Part shown: in pieces, positions 1 to 10,702 of the stretch
Numbering within the stretch: the first letter of the stretch is position 1
Layout: each line of letters opens with the position of its first letter
NCBI GenBank assembly: GCA_963674865.2
Contig: CAXXYE010000001.1
Location: 96,001-160,000, forward strand
Length of the DNA stretch: 64,000 nucleotides
Reading direction: 5' to 3'
DNA from: Candidatus Hydrogenedentota bacterium
Lineage (GTDB): Bacteria; Hydrogenedentota; Hydrogenedentia; Hydrogenedentales; SLHB01
Notes under the pieces: generated by a model
What the model was told of the DNA's origin: nothing
The model's input: only the letters and a program-made list of their open reading frames with translations
Databases searched by the model: none
Translations under genes and position numbers: made by a program

Positions 1-333
1 CCGTGGATACTGGCTGCGTGGGCCTGCGGGTGGTGGCGGTTGTTCCAGGTGTCGTTGTGGCGTAAGGTGCTGGCGCACAAGCGATTAGAGCCCTTGTCGT
101 AAGGTTTGAGATAAAGGCATTTCTCATCAGGAGTTCGCTCCCTGCGTAGCGGGAAGCACGTCCAGGCTTTTTTATGAGGTGGCCGAGCACTGTACCGAGG
201 CCCCCGCGCTTTCCTTGGACGGGCTGGTGAAAGTTGCCCGGAGTTGCGCCTTCCAACGATTCATTCAGAGCGTGGGCGGGCATGTGCTACATTGTTGAGG
301 ATGCATCGCCGACTTCCTATGGGGAGAATTGCA

Positions 334-1575
334 ATGAAAGCACGATCAGCCGTCCTGCTATCCGTTGTCTCACTTGCCCTCCTGTACGCTGCTTCCGCCG
401 GCGCCCAGGAAACGCTCTGGTTCCAGGCTTACTCCTATGATGTCCCCGGTGAAGAGGACTACTACATCCAACTGGCCGACGCGTTCGCCCAGATTCCCGG
501 CACCCCGCTCGTCCGCATCACCCTCGACAAGTGGGATCACGCCCACGAACAGATAGCCGCCTGGTTCGCCGGGGGGAAAGGCCCCGACCTCATCGTCATA
601 CCTGATATCTGGCTCGCCGAGTTCGCCCCGCATATCGAGCCCCTCGACAACCTCGTTCCCAGTGGGCTAAGGGCCGATTTCTTTGAGATCCTCTACGACA
701 AAGGCATCTACCACGGCAACCTTCTCGGCCTGGTATGGGCCACCTCCACGAAGGCGCTCTTCTACCGGAAAGACCTTTTCCGCGAGGCATCCCTCGACCC
801 GCCCGGCACCTGGGCCGACCAACTCCGCGCCGCCGTCGCCCTCAACGACCCGCCCAACGTCTACGGCATTGGCTTGCCGGGCGCCCGCGAATACGAAACC
901 GACGACAACTTTTTCTTCTACTTTTGGGCCGCCGGAGGGCGCTTCTTCGATGACGACGGCAAGTGCGCCATCAACAGCGAGGCGGGCGTCACGGCCCTCA
1001 CCTTCTACTGCGACCTCGTCAACAAGTACCACGTCACCCAGCCCGAGGTCACGTCGTGGAATCGAAAACAGACCCGCCGCCTCTTCGAGGCCGGTAAGCT
1101 CGCCATGTTCGCCACCGGCCCTTGGGGCGTCGAGCAACTCCGCAAGAACGCCCCCGGCGTCGAGTTCGGCGTCGTGCCCCTGCCCGCGGACAAAGAGCGC
1201 GTCACGCAGATCATCACCGACCACGTCGTCCTCGCCCGCTACTCGCCCCGGAAAGATCTCGCCGCCCGTTTCCTCGACTTCGCCTACCAGGATGAGCACC
1301 GGCTCGCCTTCGCCAAGCTCGGACTCCTGCCCGAGAAGAAGACCGTCGCTGCCGATGAACACTTCCAGAAGGACCCCGACTGGAAGGTGTTCATCGACGT
1401 GATTCCCGACGGCCACACCATCCCCCTCATTCACTGGGAACCCATCGGCACCGCCATCCGCGAAGCCATGTACCAAGCCCTCACCGGCCGCCAGACTCCC
1501 GAGCAGGCTCTGGATGACCTGGCGAAGAACATCGACGGAATTGTGGCGAAGGCCGGTAGTGAGAGTGCATCTTGA
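334..1575 (+). CDS. Sugar ABC transporter substrate-binding protein (family 1 SBP)
   Basis: Signal peptide MKARSAVLL...ASAGA. Motifs GKGPDL, ALFYRKDLF, FEAGKLAM and GP, plus C-terminal TPEQALD. ATG at 334 follows a GGGGAG RBS. Confidence 0.9.
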   Translation: MKARSAVLLSVVSLALLYAASAGAQETLWFQAYSYDVPGEEDYYIQLADAFAQIPGTPLVRITLDKWDHAHEQIAAWFAGGKGPDLIVIPDIWLAEFAPHIEPLDNLVPSGLRADFFEILYDKGIYHGNLLGLVWATSTKALFYRKDLFREASLDPPGTWADQLRAAVALNDPPNVYGIGLPGAREYETDDNFFFYFWAAGGRFFDDDGKCAINSEAGVTALTFYCDLVNKYHVTQPEVTSWNRKQTRRLFEAGKLAMFATGPWGVEQLRKNAPGVEFGVVPLPADKERVTQIITDHVVLARYSPRKDLAARFLDFAYQDEHRLAFAKLGLLPEKKTVAADEHFQKDPDWKVFIDVIPDGHTIPLIHWEPIGTAIREAMYQALTGRQTPEQALDDLAKNIDGIVAKAGSESAS

Positions 1576-1730
1576 GGGCGACACCATAGTGGGCGATGTT
1601 GTGCGTAGGCCGAGTGAACGCCTGCTCGATTGCGCGAAGGAAGGCGCCTTTTGGGCCAGAAGACGGCATTTGTCAGCCACGCGATCCGCACTATCCAGTG
1701 GATTGCATCAGAAAGCGGGTCTTGGCTGTG

Positions 1731-1962
1731 TCCAGTGCCCTGAAAGGGCAAGGCATACCAGCCCGGCACAACGCGCTTGCGGGTCGGTGAAGAGGGCGCT
1801 CCTCTGATGAGGACGCATATGGTTGCTCTGGGAGCCATCGCTTGGCTCGACGAGCATATTGCCTTTTCCGGTGCCCTGAAAGGGCAAGACATACCAGCCC
1901 GGCGCAACGCGCCGGGAGAAGGTCGTAACAACAGAATGCAGCCCTGAAAGGGCGTGACAAGA
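1731..1962 (+). repeat. REP-like block with three GCCCTGAAAGGGC palindromes; direct-repeat copy 1
   Basis: Cores at 1737, 1873 and 1941 with an AGCCCGGCGCAACGCGCCGGG hairpin. A near-identical block lies at 2961-3187. Confidence 0.85.
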
Positions 1963-1975
1963 CGGGGGAATCAAC

Positions 1976-2428
1976 ATGTCGCAGTCGCTATCTCGAGTGC
2001 TCCTTCATCTGGTGTTCAGCACGAAGAGCCGGCGGCGACTGATCTCGGAGTCAGTCCGCCCGCGCTTGCACGCGTATCTCGCGGGGGCGTGCCGTGCCAT
2101 CGGTAGTGAAGCGCTTCGGGTCGGTGGTACGGAGGACCACGTCCATATCGCGTGCACGCTGCCAAGAACGTTGACCGTGAGCGATCTGCTCGCCGAGGTG
2201 AAGAGGTCGTCGTCCGCTTGGATGAAACAGCAGAAAGACGGCTGCCCGGATTTCACGTGGCAGGCCGGCTATGGCGCGTTCTCGCTTGGCCAGTCGCAAT
2301 TGACGGCCATCGTACGGTACATAGACCACCAGGAGGAGCACCATCGGAGCCAGAGTCTCAAGGAGGAATTGCGGGAGTTGCTTCAAAGGTACGGCATTGC
2401 GCCAGATGAAGCACACCTATGGGATTGA
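1976..2428 (+). mobile_element. tnpA: IS200/IS605-family Y1 HUH transposase (RAYT-like)
   Basis: HLVFSTK.R, HUH motif EDHVH, WQAGYGAFS and catalytic Tyr in RYI..QEEHH. No tnpB. Flanked by a 20-bp inverted repeat at 1940-1959 / 2438-2457. Confidence 0.9.
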
Positions 2429-2430
2429 CC

Positions 2431-2766
2431 GGGGGGATGTCACGCCCTTTCAGGGCTCATTCGTTGGTTTGACCCGGTTCCCACGGCGTTGCCGTGGGCT
2501 GATATGTCCCGCCCTTACAGGGCGGCGTCGCGGGCAAGAGCGTGTACCCGTGGGGGGGGAAGGCTTGCGGCGAGGCGAGGGCGAGATACGCGCATAGCGC
2601 CAGAACTGGGTGCCTTGCGGGACGAGGCGGGATTTGTGTCTCCCCCTTCCAGGATTTGTTTATCGGCCTGGCCCGATTCCCACGGCGTTGCCGTGGGCTC
2701 GTATGTCCTGCCCCTCCAGGGCAGTTTCGCAGCGTACCCAGGGGGGGCACTGCGGTGAGGCGAGGG
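2431..2766 (-). repeat. Two tandem inverted REP-like units
   Basis: TTCCCACGGCGTTGCCGTGGGCT occurs twice (about 2478 and 2677). Each copy is followed by a GCCCTTACAGGGC or GCCCCTCCAGGGC core and then GCGGYGAGGCGAGGG. Confidence 0.75.
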
Positions 2767-2960
2767 TGCCTAGGCCGCGGCGCGGCTCGATGCGTGTGTT
2801 TCGCGGGACTGAGCTCCGTGCATGCCCCGCCCTTCCGGAGCGGTTTCGCAGAGAGAAGCGGAACGCGTCTGTCACTTGCGAATGCGGGTGGACTGTGCTT
2901 CTTCTCTGGCGGGCTTGGGCGTATTATCCCGGGCAGCATCTCTCTCTGGGCACCACGCCA

Positions 2961-3187
2961 TCCGGTGCCCTGAAAGGGCATTGCATACCAGCCCGGCACA
3001 ACGCGGGCTCGGTGCAGAGGGCGCTCCTCTGATGAGGCCGCATATGGTTGCTCCGGGCGCCATCGCTTGGCTCGACGAGCATATTGCCTTCTCCATTGCC
3101 CTGAAAGGGCAATGCATACCAGCCCGGCGCAACGCGCCGGGAAAACGTCGTAACAGCAGAATGCAGCCCTGAAAGGGCGTGACAAGA
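2961..3187 (+). repeat. REP-like block, direct-repeat copy 2
   Basis: Aligns with 1731-1962 over about 225 bp. Cores at 2967, 3098 and 3166. Confidence 0.85.
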
Positions 3188-3240
3188 GATCCTGTCAGTA
3201 TCCGCCTTTCCGTCCGCCACAGACCGCAGCGCCCTCGAAT

Positions 3241-3681
3241 TCAGGCCCCACGCGTCGTGTCCTCAACACGAGCGTTGCCGTCTCGCCCGTGCGTCACGAT
3301 GACTCTGTTCTGCCTGTATTCCACGCACTTCTTCCGCCAGAATGGGAAGAAGAACAGGCCCGTCTCGCTGTCTTCTGTCCATTCGCCGTTCTCTTCTCTG
3401 CCTTCGACCGTCCACGAACAGGCCGTGTTGCCACGCTTCACCACCTTGAGGCGGCAGCAATCGCTGAAGCCGAAGGCAAAGGCCTCCAGGGCCTTGCTCT
3501 CTTCCCCAAACTCCTCGTGCCATCCGTCGAAGCCTACAGTGAATCCATGCCGATTCACTGTGAGCCAAACGGAGAAGCCGGATCCGCTGCGGGCGTCGAC
3601 GGTGATGGTTTTCCCTTTGACCCTGTAAGAGAGTTCGGGATGTGTCTCAAGTCTTTCTCTCACCTTGTCGATGGCGCTCAT
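3241..3681 (-). CDS. Hypothetical protein
   Basis: Protein-like composition (MSAIDKVRERL...GFDGWHEEF...). GGGAG RBS upstream of ATG 3681. Confidence 0.65.
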   Translation of the reverse strand: MSAIDKVRERLETHPELSYRVKGKTITVDARSGSGFSVWLTVNRHGFTVGFDGWHEEFGEESKALEAFAFGFSDCCRLKVVKRGNTACSWTVEGREENGEWTEDSETGLFFFPFWRKKCVEYRQNRVIVTHGRDGNARVEDTTRGA

Positions 3682-3928
3682 TCTCGACTCCCGCAAACAA
3701 GACCGTGCCTCGTTCTGTCACGTCAAGATAATCCAGGTAGTGATGAAACGCAACGGAGATCCCTTGCGCTCCTCCTAGACTCTCGACCTTCTCAGATGCC
3801 GATTTGTGCACTCTCTTGTCACAGTCACTAGCATGCCCATTGACCTAACCTCGCCGGGCTTGGCATGCTGCTCATTGTTACTCGCCTTGGAGAGTGGGCG
3901 GCATAGCAACAAAGGATTCGCAATCAAC

Positions 3929-6112
3929 ATGATCCTGCACATTATGGTGGCGAATATGGCGGCGTTTGGGGCGCCGCCTGTGGTGGGCCTGGCCCAATGG
4001 ATGGGGCCGCAGGCGTGGACGCGTGACTTGGACGAGCCCGTCCTGGCGCTCGGCGACGCGGGCGCGTGGGATGACACGCACATCTTCGCGCCGTGTGTCG
4101 CTTTCGACGACGGCGAGTATCGGATGTGGTATCCGGGCTCTTCGGGCGCTGTGGCGGAGCGGATCTTCCGGCTCGGACTCGCCACGAGTGCCGACGGCGT
4201 CCATTTCGCGCGCCATCCCGACTCGCCGATATTCGCCTTCGGCGACGGCAAGCGCTCAGTGTTGACGCCGACGCTGCTGCGCCATCCCGATGGCACCGTC
4301 TGCCGTGAGGACGGCGCTCTTCGGCTGTGGTTCTCCGCCGCCGATCTCTCTGCCTCCGATGGCCTACACGCCCTCCACGAGACGCGCAGCGCGGACGGCC
4401 TCCATTGGGCCGCGCCGTCGCCCGCCCAGCTCGAGTATGTCTATGCCCCGACGATTATCAAGGAGGGCGACGTCTACCACCTCTGGTACACCGATGTGCG
4501 CCGCGAGCCGTGGACTATCCGCCACGCCCAGAGCACGGACGGCCGCGCCTGGCACGTGGACGACTACCCTTGCATCGAGATTGATCAAGGGTGGGAGGAG
4601 GGGCGCCTGTTCTATCCCTCCGTCGTCAAGGACGGCGACGCGTATCTCATGTGGTACGGCGCGTATTGGGCCGGGCACCCCCACAAGACCGCCCTGGGAC
4701 TTGCTGTCAGCGCCGACGGACGCGCCTGGCACAAGAACCCCTACAATCCGGTATTCCGGCCCGACCCGAGCCATTCTTGGGAGTCCCACTACACTACGAG
4801 CCAGTCCATCATGCGGGCCGAGGACGGCACCTGGCGCATCTGGTATGCCTCGCGCACGGCCCCGCCGCACGTGAACAAGTATTTCGCCATCGGGGCCGCG
4901 CACTGGGCCGGGCCGACGGCCCTCACCGGCCAGCCGTGGCCCGAGCGTGCCGTGGCGCTCCGCGCGCGCATGGCGGAGATTCTCACGTTCCCCAAGGATA
5001 AGGTTCCCCTCGCGCCGCAAACGCACCGCGAACGCGCGGGCGACGGTTTCCGTATCGAGTCCGTGAGCTACGCCGCCGAAGCCGGCTCCCGCGTCACGGC
5101 GCTGCTCTATCTGCCCGAGCCGACTGAGCGGCCCGTCCCCGCGGTGATTCTCGCTTGCGGCCACGGCGGCTCGAAATCCTGCCTCTACGCCCAGTACGCC
5201 GGCCAGTTGTACGCCAAACTCGGCTTCGCCTGCCTCGCCGTCGATACCATCGGCGAGGAGGAGCGGCATGTGGACGGCGGCATGGGCACACGCGCGCACG
5301 ACCTCTACAGCATGACTCTGGAAGAGCGCGTCGTCTTCGTCCAGAAGAAGCTCAAGCGCTCGATACTTGGCAAGATCGTGTGGGATCTCGCGCGCGGCGT
5401 CGATTATCTCCAGAGCCGGCCCGAGGTTGACCCCGAGCGCATCGGCGCGCTCGGCTACTCCTTGGGCGGGGCCTCGGCGGGGTCGTTGGCCATCCTCGAC
5501 GCGCGCATCCGCGCCGCCGTCCTCTGTGGCTGGGGCTTCATCCCAACTCTCGCCGTCTATGGGAAGGAATGCACCCGGCTGCCCTATGAGTCATTCGCGG
5601 CCATCATGGGCTGCGACGAGATGACCGCCCTGCTCGCGCCCCACTGCGCCGCGCTGTTTCTCTCCGGCGACAGCGACGCCATTATCGACGATGCCGAAGG
5701 CGGACCCGCGCTTGTCCGTCACGTCCGCGAAGGCGTGGCGTCGGCGTTGCGTATCCTTGAGCGGGCAGGCGTGAAAGGCGCGATTGAATGCCGCTTTGTG
5801 CCCGGCGCCGACCACCGGCCGCTCTTTCTCACTCCCGATGGCGTCCGTTGGATGCAAGGACGGCTTATGTCCGCCGAGGAGCGGCGGCCCCTTCCCGAGC
5901 GCGTCATCAAATTCGGCGATTGGGCCGATGCCCAAGGCCAGAGAATTGAGGAACTCTACGATACCGAGGCCCGCGAACGCGGCAACCTCGTCGTGGATAT
6001 CGGCGCCGTCCACCACGCCCCCCGCGATCTTGCCTGCTTTCCGGAGCAAGAGTGCCCCGCCCCCGAGTACACCTTCAAAGGGTGGGTAGACGCTGTCCTG
6101 GGCGGCGGCTAG
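3929..6112 (+). CDS. Beta-propeller glycoside hydrolase-like domain fused to an alpha/beta hydrolase (acetylxylan esterase/dienelactone hydrolase-like)
   Basis: N-terminal repeated blades (AP.V..DDG.Y.MWY, GLATS.DG..W/F). C-terminal CGHGG, GYSLG nucleophile elbow, GDSD and ADH. Start is uncertain; AAAGGA RBS precedes ATG 3929. Confidence 0.75.
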   Translation: MILHIMVANMAAFGAPPVVGLAQWMGPQAWTRDLDEPVLALGDAGAWDDTHIFAPCVAFDDGEYRMWYPGSSGAVAERIFRLGLATSADGVHFARHPDSPIFAFGDGKRSVLTPTLLRHPDGTVCREDGALRLWFSAADLSASDGLHALHETRSADGLHWAAPSPAQLEYVYAPTIIKEGDVYHLWYTDVRREPWTIRHAQSTDGRAWHVDDYPCIEIDQGWEEGRLFYPSVVKDGDAYLMWYGAYWAGHPHKTALGLAVSADGRAWHKNPYNPVFRPDPSHSWESHYTTSQSIMRAEDGTWRIWYASRTAPPHVNKYFAIGAAHWAGPTALTGQPWPERAVALRARMAEILTFPKDKVPLAPQTHRERAGDGFRIESVSYAAEAGSRVTALLYLPEPTERPVPAVILACGHGGSKSCLYAQYAGQLYAKLGFACLAVDTIGEEERHVDGGMGTRAHDLYSMTLEERVVFVQKKLKRSILGKIVWDLARGVDYLQSRPEVDPERIGALGYSLGGASAGSLAILDARIRAAVLCGWGFIPTLAVYGKECTRLPYESFAAIMGCDEMTALLAPHCAALFLSGDSDAIIDDAEGGPALVRHVREGVASALRILERAGVKGAIECRFVPGADHRPLFLTPDGVRWMQGRLMSAEERRPLPERVIKFGDWADAQGQRIEELYDTEARERGNLVVDIGAVHHAPRDLACFPEQECPAPEYTFKGWVDAVLGGG

Positions 6113-6166
6113 GACCTCCGCTTTCCGGCACCGCGCGCTTAGAGTCGGGCTGGGAGGCTGTGCCCC

Positions 6167-6400
6167 CTAAGCCTTGTCGCACGGATCCTCAGGATACGCG
6201 AACGACATTACTCCTCTCCCCCCGCCAAGGAACCAGAGGCCGACGAACAGGGCCGGAATCCCAAAGAAAAAACCTTCGGCCGCCGCTGGCCCGCCAAAGA
6301 CCAGGCTGAGTGTCGCGGGATAGAGGTACTTCACGGCGCCCAGAATTATCAGTAGGCCTATTGTCCGCACCACAATACCGAAAACACTACGCTCTGTCAT
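6167..6400 (-). CDS. Small two-TM membrane protein
   Basis: Two hydrophobic stretches and a GAGGAGG RBS upstream. Confidence 0.65.
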   Translation of the reverse strand: MTERSVFGIVVRTIGLLIILGAVKYLYPATLSLVFGGPAAAEGFFFGIPALFVGLWFLGGGRGVMSFAYPEDPCDKA

Positions 6401-6457
6401 AGAGTCGCCTCCTCATTGCTAACCGAAAACACGCGATAGAGAACCACAAGTGCTCGT

Positions 6458-7918
6458 CTACGCCTGATCGCCTGGCCAGCATGGGCTCGACCAGGCCATG
6501 TTGCCCGTTTCCGTCGTGATTCGCACGTACACGAAGTCCTCAGGGCCCAGGGCCACCTGAACCTCCTGCCCTTCTATGACCCGCCTGTCTCCATCCGCGC
6601 GCAGTTTCTCCACATCGCTGCCGTTCACGACGACGGCCGCCTCGCGGATGCCTTCCTCCGAAGCCGCCGTCACGGACACCCGCTGCGCCTGCCCTTCCTG
6701 CTCCACGTGCACATCGAGGTAAATGCGTGTCTGCGTGGTGGCGTAGGTTCGATGGCTCTTGATGGCATCGAACACTGCATCCCGTGTTAGTGACGCAGCG
6801 AAGGCGGCCGTGTAACCGGCGGGCCAGGTGCGCGTGGGGGCGGGGGGATAACTCTCGTTGTGGAAGGCGTCGCCGGGCCGGCCATCGTGAATATCGCCCC
6901 CACCGACAAATCCCATTCGGTAACCTCTCCTCAACGCATCCACGACGTGCTGCCCGTCCACCTCCCCGCCGACGTGTTGGATGGCCATGGGATTGCCGTC
7001 CGCCGCGGAACGCTCGCTATTTCCCCAGACGGAGTGGATCTCAACGGCCTTCTCGTACTTCGGTTGCCACCCCAAAGACCAATCGACGCCCATCACCCGG
7101 TTGGCGCTGTGATGGGGGATGGCGATGGGATCCAGATGCTCCAGCTCGTCCAGCGCCCGCCACAGCTTCGGCAGCGTGTCATAGCGCGGATCCGTGCTGC
7201 GCAAGGCCGGACCCCCGGCGCCGCGGAAGTAGATGTTCCGGTGGCCGGGCTTGTGGTTCGTCCACTCCTGGCCGATGAGCGTCACGAAACGGCCCGGTTC
7301 ATTGTAGTCATTGGTGACTGCCTGGAAATACTCCCACTGGCGGTCGGTTACCGCCTCCATGTGATCCGTGATCGCCCCGAAGTCGAGGAAGCCCTCATCG
7401 CGCGCGAAGGCATACAGCTCCTCAGGACACCGGATGCCATCGCTGAAGTACGTCTGCCAGTGCGGATCGCCCCAGAAAATGCGCTCCCGCGGAGCGTTTT
7501 CGCTGACGAAAATCGGATTCGCCCAGCCTTCCGTCCCGGACGTTTCGTCGACGAGCCGGATGAAGTGGAATCCGGGCCGATCCAGCCGGAATCCCTCGAA
7601 CACTCGGATGGGCCGCGTGTCTCCAGGGAAAACGCCCTGCCGCGCCCCGTCAAACTCAAGCCGCGCTGGCCCCGATAGCGCCGCCCCGCCGTCCACGGTA
7701 AGCTCGCCGCGCCACTCGGGGAGGCAGTTGTCATGGTACTGAATCTGCCGCTGCACGTTCAGGTTATACGGCCCGTGCAGGGAAGGCTTGCGGGAGTTCC
7801 ACTGGCCCTGGCACGGAATGGCACGCAGCGGCCCCGTCACCTTGACCTTGAGGGCGAACGCCTCGCCCACCGCGACCCGCGAGGGCGCCGTGCAATGAAT
7901 CCGCTCAGGTTGTGTCAA
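6458..7918 (-). CDS. PHP-fold metallohydrolase (DUF3604/CehA-McbA-like)
   Basis: WGDPH, LDFGAITDH, GQEWT, GHRN, IPHH, EIHS, GGGDIHDG and TYAT motifs. TTG start with GGAGG RBS. Confidence 0.8.
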   Translation of the reverse strand: MTQPERIHCTAPSRVAVGEAFALKVKVTGPLRAIPCQGQWNSRKPSLHGPYNLNVQRQIQYHDNCLPEWRGELTVDGGAALSGPARLEFDGARQGVFPGDTRPIRVFEGFRLDRPGFHFIRLVDETSGTEGWANPIFVSENAPRERIFWGDPHWQTYFSDGIRCPEELYAFARDEGFLDFGAITDHMEAVTDRQWEYFQAVTNDYNEPGRFVTLIGQEWTNHKPGHRNIYFRGAGGPALRSTDPRYDTLPKLWRALDELEHLDPIAIPHHSANRVMGVDWSLGWQPKYEKAVEIHSVWGNSERSAADGNPMAIQHVGGEVDGQHVVDALRRGYRMGFVGGGDIHDGRPGDAFHNESYPPAPTRTWPAGYTAAFAASLTRDAVFDAIKSHRTYATTQTRIYLDVHVEQEGQAQRVSVTAASEEGIREAAVVVNGSDVEKLRADGDRRVIEGQEVQVALGPEDFVYVRITTETGNMAWSSPCWPGDQA

Positions 7919-8160
7919 CGTGTTCCTCCGTGAATGTGTATGCCGCTACTTTGGAGGCCACATCCTAGACGCTCAGGCAGGCATTGTGCCAGCCTTCCTT
8001 AGCACTGTGCCCACCGCGGCGGGCGGCTCCTTCCGCCGCAGTGGCTCGACGGCCGCCGATAAAGGTTGACTGGCCCTTCTCGAAGGTGTGAGAGTGGGGG
8101 AGTGCAACGCAAGCGCGGGAGGCCGAAGAGACGCCCCCAATTCCAGGAGTACCACCCAAT

Positions 8161-10584
8161 ATGAACCACCCTTTTTCCTCAGAGCAGGTGAGGGCCGTCC
8201 TCGACCTAAGCGGCGAGTTCGAGCTTTTCTCCGACGACGCTCCGGAGCACGCGCCCGACCCCGTGGCGGGCCGCCGCTTGACGGCCCAGGTGCCTGGCGA
8301 CATCCATCTCGACCTCCAGCGGGCCGCCGTCATCGATGACCCCTTCTACGACCTCAATTTTCAGGCCTGCCGGTGGGTGGCGGAGCGCGACTGGACGTAC
8401 CGCAAGGCCTTCACGGTGGATGATGCGTTCATCAACGACCGCGTGGACCTTGTCTTCGAGGGGATCGACACCGCCGCCGACGTGTATCTGAACGACACCC
8501 ATGTCGCCTACGTCGAGAACATGTTCACCATCTGGCGTTTCGACGTCACCCATCTCGTCCGGCCCGGCGCCAACACGCTCATGGTGAAGATGCGCGCCAT
8601 CGCCCGCCTCGCCCGCGAACGCCAAACCGGCGAGGAAACGGCCTACGCCTGCAAAGGCCGCGTTCACATTCGCAAGGCTCAGATGAGCTTCGGCTGGGAC
8701 AACGTCCCCGAGATTCTCACCACGGGCATTTACCGGCCTGTCTACCTCGAATCCTTTGCCGCCGCCCGCATCGCCGATGTGTGTGTGAAGAACCTCGAGC
8801 TTCAGGCCGACGCCGCCAGACTGCGCATAGAGACCCACCTCGAAACCCTCGGCCCCGATCCTCTCGTTCTCACGTACAGTCTCTCCCTGAACGGCGAATC
8901 CGTCGCCTGGCACAACCGTGAAGTCTCAGGCGATTGGGACACGTTCGAGTTCGCCGTCCCCTCGCCGCAACTCTGGTGGCCACATACGTTGGGCGAACCT
9001 GTTCTCTACGATCTTGACGTGGCCCTCAGCGACGGCTCAGCAGTTCTCGACGCCGCGTATCAGGCCGTGGGAATACGCACCGTCGAGGTCATCGAGGAGG
9101 AGCAGCCGGGCGATGCGACCTCGTTTATTTTCGCCGTCAACGGTAAGCGGCTCTTCGTCTACGGCGCCAACTGGCAGCCGCTCAACGCCTTCACAAGCCA
9201 GGTGACGGACCTGAAATACCAGGCCGTATTGGCCATGGCCAAGGATGCCGGTTTCAACATGTTCCGCGTCTGGGGCGGCGGCATCGTCGAGCGCGACGTT
9301 TTCTACGACCTGTGCGATCGCCTTGGCATCCTGATCTGGCAGGACTTCTTCTTCGCCTGCGCCCTCTATCCCACGGATCAGGCGTTTCTTGATGAGGTCG
9401 TCCGCGAGGAGCGCCAGATCATCACCCGCCTCCGCAATCACCCCGCCATCGCCTTGTGGTGCGGCGACAACGAGATCGACATGATCTACCACCATCGCAA
9501 GCCCGACAACTACAAGGAACTCAATAAGATAAGCTACGAGCTCACCGGCCCGCTCCTCGACGAGTTGGACGGCAACCGCTTCTATCTGCCCAGCAGCCCG
9601 TCGAGCAAAGTCGGCCTGCCCATCAATCCCAAGTCGCGCAATATGCACAACTGGGATTTCTGGCACGGCAAGAAGCACCACAAAGAGTTCGCCAAGGATG
9701 AATCGCGCTTTCTCAGCGAATTCGGACGTTATGCCGCTCCCCGCTTCGAGCATCTCGCCGCGTTCATCCCGCCCGAGAAACGCTGGCCCTTCGAGAATGA
9801 GTCGTACGCCTACCATTCCGGCATTCTGTCCATGGAGCCCCATCATCCCGACTACGCCAACGCGTTGAAGGCTATGCTCAAAGGCTTCGGCGAGCCCAAG
9901 GACGCGGAAGAGTTTGTCCGCCTCACCCAGATCTCCCAGGCCGAGTTCTACAGCTTCGCCTATGCCCATCTCCGCAGCCGCAAGTACGAGTGCGGCGGCG
10001 GCATTATGTGGAAACTCGCCGACGCCTGGCCCTGCCTCTGCAACAGCGTCATCGATTTCTGGGGCTGCCCGAAGCCGGGCTTCTACGCCCTGAAGCGCAT
10101 GTTCAGGCCCGTCTCCGCCTTCTTCACGGAGGCGGAACAAGCCGTCTCGGTGCACTTATCCAACGACCTCGCCCGGCCTGTCCAGGCGCGGATCGTGCTC
10201 CAGCACCTGCGGCTCGACGGCGACGTCCTCTGGCGAGAGGAGTTCGACGCCTCCTGTCCGGCCGGTGCCGTGGCCGTGGTTCACACCATCGACCTCGGCG
10301 CCCTCGATATCACGGACCCCGCCCGCGAGGCCCTCTTCTTGTTGGCCTATGACGAAGACGGCGGCGAAATCGCCCGCGCGCCTCATTTCTTCCTCGATCT
10401 CGAGGCCGTCCGGTTCGCCCCTAACGACGTTACCGTTGACTACGGAGAGCAGACGGCCACCGTCACGGCCCAAAGCTATGCCCGCTTCATCGAACTCGAA
10501 TCCCGCCCCTACGAGGTCTGGGAAGACAACTACTTCGACCTTCTCCCAGGCGAAACCAGAGTCGTCAGAAAGGCGATCTACTAA
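8161..10584 (+). CDS. Beta-mannosidase, GH2
   Basis: VPGDIH.DL, FEGIDT, RKAQMSFGWD, GANWQP, NMFRVWGGG, WQDFFFAC, WCGDNE, SEFG and DNYFDLLPGE. Confidence 0.9.
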   Translation: MNHPFSSEQVRAVLDLSGEFELFSDDAPEHAPDPVAGRRLTAQVPGDIHLDLQRAAVIDDPFYDLNFQACRWVAERDWTYRKAFTVDDAFINDRVDLVFEGIDTAADVYLNDTHVAYVENMFTIWRFDVTHLVRPGANTLMVKMRAIARLARERQTGEETAYACKGRVHIRKAQMSFGWDNVPEILTTGIYRPVYLESFAAARIADVCVKNLELQADAARLRIETHLETLGPDPLVLTYSLSLNGESVAWHNREVSGDWDTFEFAVPSPQLWWPHTLGEPVLYDLDVALSDGSAVLDAAYQAVGIRTVEVIEEEQPGDATSFIFAVNGKRLFVYGANWQPLNAFTSQVTDLKYQAVLAMAKDAGFNMFRVWGGGIVERDVFYDLCDRLGILIWQDFFFACALYPTDQAFLDEVVREERQIITRLRNHPAIALWCGDNEIDMIYHHRKPDNYKELNKISYELTGPLLDELDGNRFYLPSSPSSKVGLPINPKSRNMHNWDFWHGKKHHKEFAKDESRFLSEFGRYAAPRFEHLAAFIPPEKRWPFENESYAYHSGILSMEPHHPDYANALKAMLKGFGEPKDAEEFVRLTQISQAEFYSFAYAHLRSRKYECGGGIMWKLADAWPCLCNSVIDFWGCPKPGFYALKRMFRPVSAFFTEAEQAVSVHLSNDLARPVQARIVLQHLRLDGDVLWREEFDASCPAGAVAVVHTIDLGALDITDPAREALFLLAYDEDGGEIARAPHFFLDLEAVRFAPNDVTVDYGEQTATVTAQSYARFIELESRPYEVWEDNYFDLLPGETRVVRKAIY

Positions 10585-10702
10585 CGCGCCCGTTGCCGGG
10601 GACTTTCTGCGCCCCTCTGAGTGTTGAGGCCTAAGGGGCAAGTGGCGGCCAAAGCGCTCGGAATTTTCTAACCCCCGCCAGGAAAGGAGTATGACGTAGC
10701 AT

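Noticed and set aside
1731..3187. CRISPR array, or the ORFs listed across these repeats
   Set aside because: Repeats are of mixed orientation with duplicated rather than unique spacers, and there are no cas genes. The ORFs are translations of repeat DNA.
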